Source: Marsupella aquatica
Taxonomy: Eukaryota; Plantae; Marchantiophyta
NCBI GenBank assembly: GCA_973895155.1
Contig: OZ316895.1
Location: forward strand, 24,433,538-24,497,537
Direction: 5' to 3'
DNA length: 64,000 bases
In this document: positions 60,986 to 64,000 of the stretch, one piece after another
Numbering within the stretch: position 1 is the first letter of the stretch
How the letters are laid out: each line of letters opens with the position of its first letter
The notes under the pieces: generated by a model
Told to the model about the DNA's origin: nothing
What the model saw: the letters and a program-made list of their open reading frames with translations, nothing else
The model's database searches: none
Program-made: the position numbers and the translations under genes

Positions 60986-63900
60986 GTGAAGCCAAAGGGG
61001 TTTTAACTATGTACATTTTTATTGGTTGGTTTTTTCAAGCTTGCAAACAATTAAAAAATACAAGCATTTTGATATAAAACACTGATATATCTTTGACAAA
61101 CATCAAAATGGTAACTTTATTTTACTAAATGACATATCTCCCTTTGTATTTTGGTTTTTTTTACATTCAATATTTACGGCATGGCATCCCAAAAATTACA
61201 TTGCTTTTGCCACAAACAGGAATGTGCACGTTTGGTATTGTTAAAAGTATGATCATTCCTGTTTGTGGCTGGTTGTGATGATGTGGTGCAACCTCGTGGC
61301 AGGGAATTTGCAAGAGACCTCTCATAGGGGTCCGTAAAGAAAATTATCACATCAATTACATCAATCATATTGTGACAAATAGTATTTATCAGTTATAACA
61401 ATATATTTTCATCATCATCTTAATAGATATTTACATGATCCTATATTTTGTCCGTTCAATGGAAATGACGCAAAGTTAGGACTATCCAATCTGGATATGT
61501 CCTTTCCAGTTTGGTGAAAATGAGTTCCATGAAAATGAACCCCGACAATTAGGAATACCCAATCGGACAACACTTTAGGATCCATATATAACTCAATCAT
61601 GTACTCTACAAATATGGCAAAAACTGGACCGTCTTAAGTTTGGCATCACTTTGTGAACTTGATGGTAACGTGGCCGTTTTGTCAAAATAAAGTTCGAGTC
61701 AGGTATGTTTATAACGAGCAACTCTACTAGGCGGGCACCAAAATTTAGCCGATTTTTGGACAATGGCTCCAGGCAAGCTTTAATCATATAAAACAAACAT
61801 AAGGACTCCAAGACGGAAAACTGACAGTTATTTCGTTCCATTCATGCACTCCATGAGCAAGGCAAGAAAGAAGTTCTTCGAGCCGCTCTGTGAATTAGAA
61901 GTGCATTCTTGTAAATTAGGGCTTATTTAGAAACTTGAACGAACTATAGGGAAAGGCACTTTTCTGATTTTCGAATCAGAAATTAGGCGGGATTGTAAAG
62001 GTTCTGTACATTGGCTATTGAAGTCACCAATGTGACTCGAATAGAGCCCGTACAATGCCAGAAGAAATAAACCCTCTCGCCGTGGGGAACTACTGGGGAT
62101 CTTCTTTGACTGTAATTCCAGTGTATACCCAATTCAATCCTACCGGTAAACTAATATCTCGGTCTTGGATAAGAATGTGATAATCGAAGGAATCAGAATG
62201 TCAAACGTGGGCTGCAATCAATATATTCCTTGAGTTTGGTTTGCTCCGTGATTAAGCACAGTTCTCGCTTGATTTGTTAGTTTTCGCATCGAAGAGATCG
62301 CCCACCTTCACTCGAACCAAATCTCGATTAAATGGTCTCTGAGAACTCTCATACTTCTAACGGAACAAACTGAGATCGACTATCCTCGCTCGCACCAAAT
62401 CTCAAATCTGTTTCCTGAGAACTCTCATACGTCTGGAACGTTGCACAAGCAGCCACGTTCTTAGAGTTTCAGATACCATCCACCGTCGTGACAATTGTTG
62501 AAACTTGATTGGACCATCTACATTACGCCATTCACACTCGACATTGGAGCGAAACAGTTGATCCCCTCACGACGAACACGAGTTGTATTGCATTAAGCAC
62601 TTCATGGCCAAGGGATCACCAGTGCGGATTCATGTTGCTCTGAACGCGCCCGAGATCGAATATTCGTGAACGCCGATCTCAACATGAGAACTTGCACCCT
62701 AGCCCCAAGCGTTCACAATCATGTTCTCGCAATATTCGTACGTGCTGAAACCATTTGTGTGACCTTGTGTGTGGCGATCATGGTACAGTCCTTGAATTAA
62801 TAGGACTAGGAACTTAACCACCCCGTGAATTACGCCGCTCCAAAGTCCCTTACAAATATCTGACCGCCACACCAAGAATCGTCACGGGTTACATCCTGCG
62901 AAGCACTCCGGGGTCCGCGAGACTCCTCGACGTCCGAAACTGGTGATTCGTAATGTGAAGATGTATGGTGTCGCAGTCATCACCGGACCAAAAACTGTCA
63001 ATCGGAAGTGTCTCTAGCTTCCACAGTAAAGACACAGAAACAAAACCTACGAATCCCTTCAGGAATTCGTTGAGTCAAGGTGGTAAGTTAGACAGAGCCA
63101 GAAAGACAACTGGAAAGGTTGTGGACTGGAGGTGTGTAGTTGGTAAAGCAGAGTAGGAGGGCGACGCACCTTCACCGGTCGCGAATGGGCCAAGAGCACC
63201 GTGTTCCAAAAAAGTGGGATAAGCAGGCAGTAGTTACCGTCAATTCGCTGGAACAGGTGGCTTCTCGATCGATACAACCCGAAACCAAATCCCAATTATC
63301 AGAACTCAATTGCCAAAAATGTGCATCCAAGAGCGTGAATTTCGCATTGGTTGTACCGTCTTTCAAATTTACTGAATGAGTAAGCCCTAATCAAAACAGG
63401 CACAGCCATGCATGCGTCGTTGCTACGAAATGGACACTAACGGTCGTCGCTTCATCATCAGTACGTCATGGTAGTTTGTCGACCAAGCTACGAGCGTGGT
63501 CTTTCGTAGAGATATGCCAGATCCTAGGGAGAACCTTAGCTTTATAGACTCAAGGTAGCCACACAACGACACACTTCTTTCACAACTGAAACCGTGTGCC
63601 CCACAACACCAATCCTCGCGAAGCTACTCCCGGACGTGCAGCGATTGGGTCCTTTCTTACGGATCTGGTCCTTGACAACCCCTAGTTTTTGGGTTTTGAC
63701 TTGAATTTTTCCAATCATGAACAGACCGGGCAAGCCACAGGGAACGACAAAGCCCCGAGTGGACCTTGGAGGTCACCAGTGGTGAGGCCTCGCCAACGAA
63801 GATAACTCCACAATCCATTTGTCACCTTCGCATACTGAGCGTTTCTTGTCGTCAACGTCCCAGCCTCCCCACACCCGCGTTGTTTATTGAAACTTAATGT

Positions 63901-64000
63901 TAAGGTCACTGCCCAATCAGCCGCCCCGAGTTAGATTTCTGCAGCCCTGCAGGTATGAGTCGCCCTCTCATTAGGTGATCGATCTACAGGTGATTGCCGG

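Overview
Eukaryotic, intron-rich plant nuclear DNA, most likely from a non-seed land plant such as a liverwort (inferred from an intron-containing microbial-type terpene synthase). Four genes assemble into open frames with GT-AG introns: a dienelactone-hydrolase-family gene (minus, 3 exons, catalytic Cys replaced by Gly), a chloroplast-type ascorbate peroxidase (minus, 11 coding exons, ending at a stop that lies upstream of a still-conserved EKFVAAxYS tail), a microbial terpene synthase-like (MTPSL) gene (minus, 4 coding exons) and a class III secretory peroxidase (plus, 3 exons). Between them lie a truncated Ty1/copia element, a tRNA-derived SINE-like insertion, a pogo-like TIR element, an SDR exon relic, an MTPSL pseudogene, many tandem repeats and an old segmental duplication (about 35-47 kb versus 55-64 kb). 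The strongest unexplained signals are two long pre-miRNA-like fold-backs (13789-13890 and 38001-38138). All alignments and translations were done by eye; no database search or folding computation was run.
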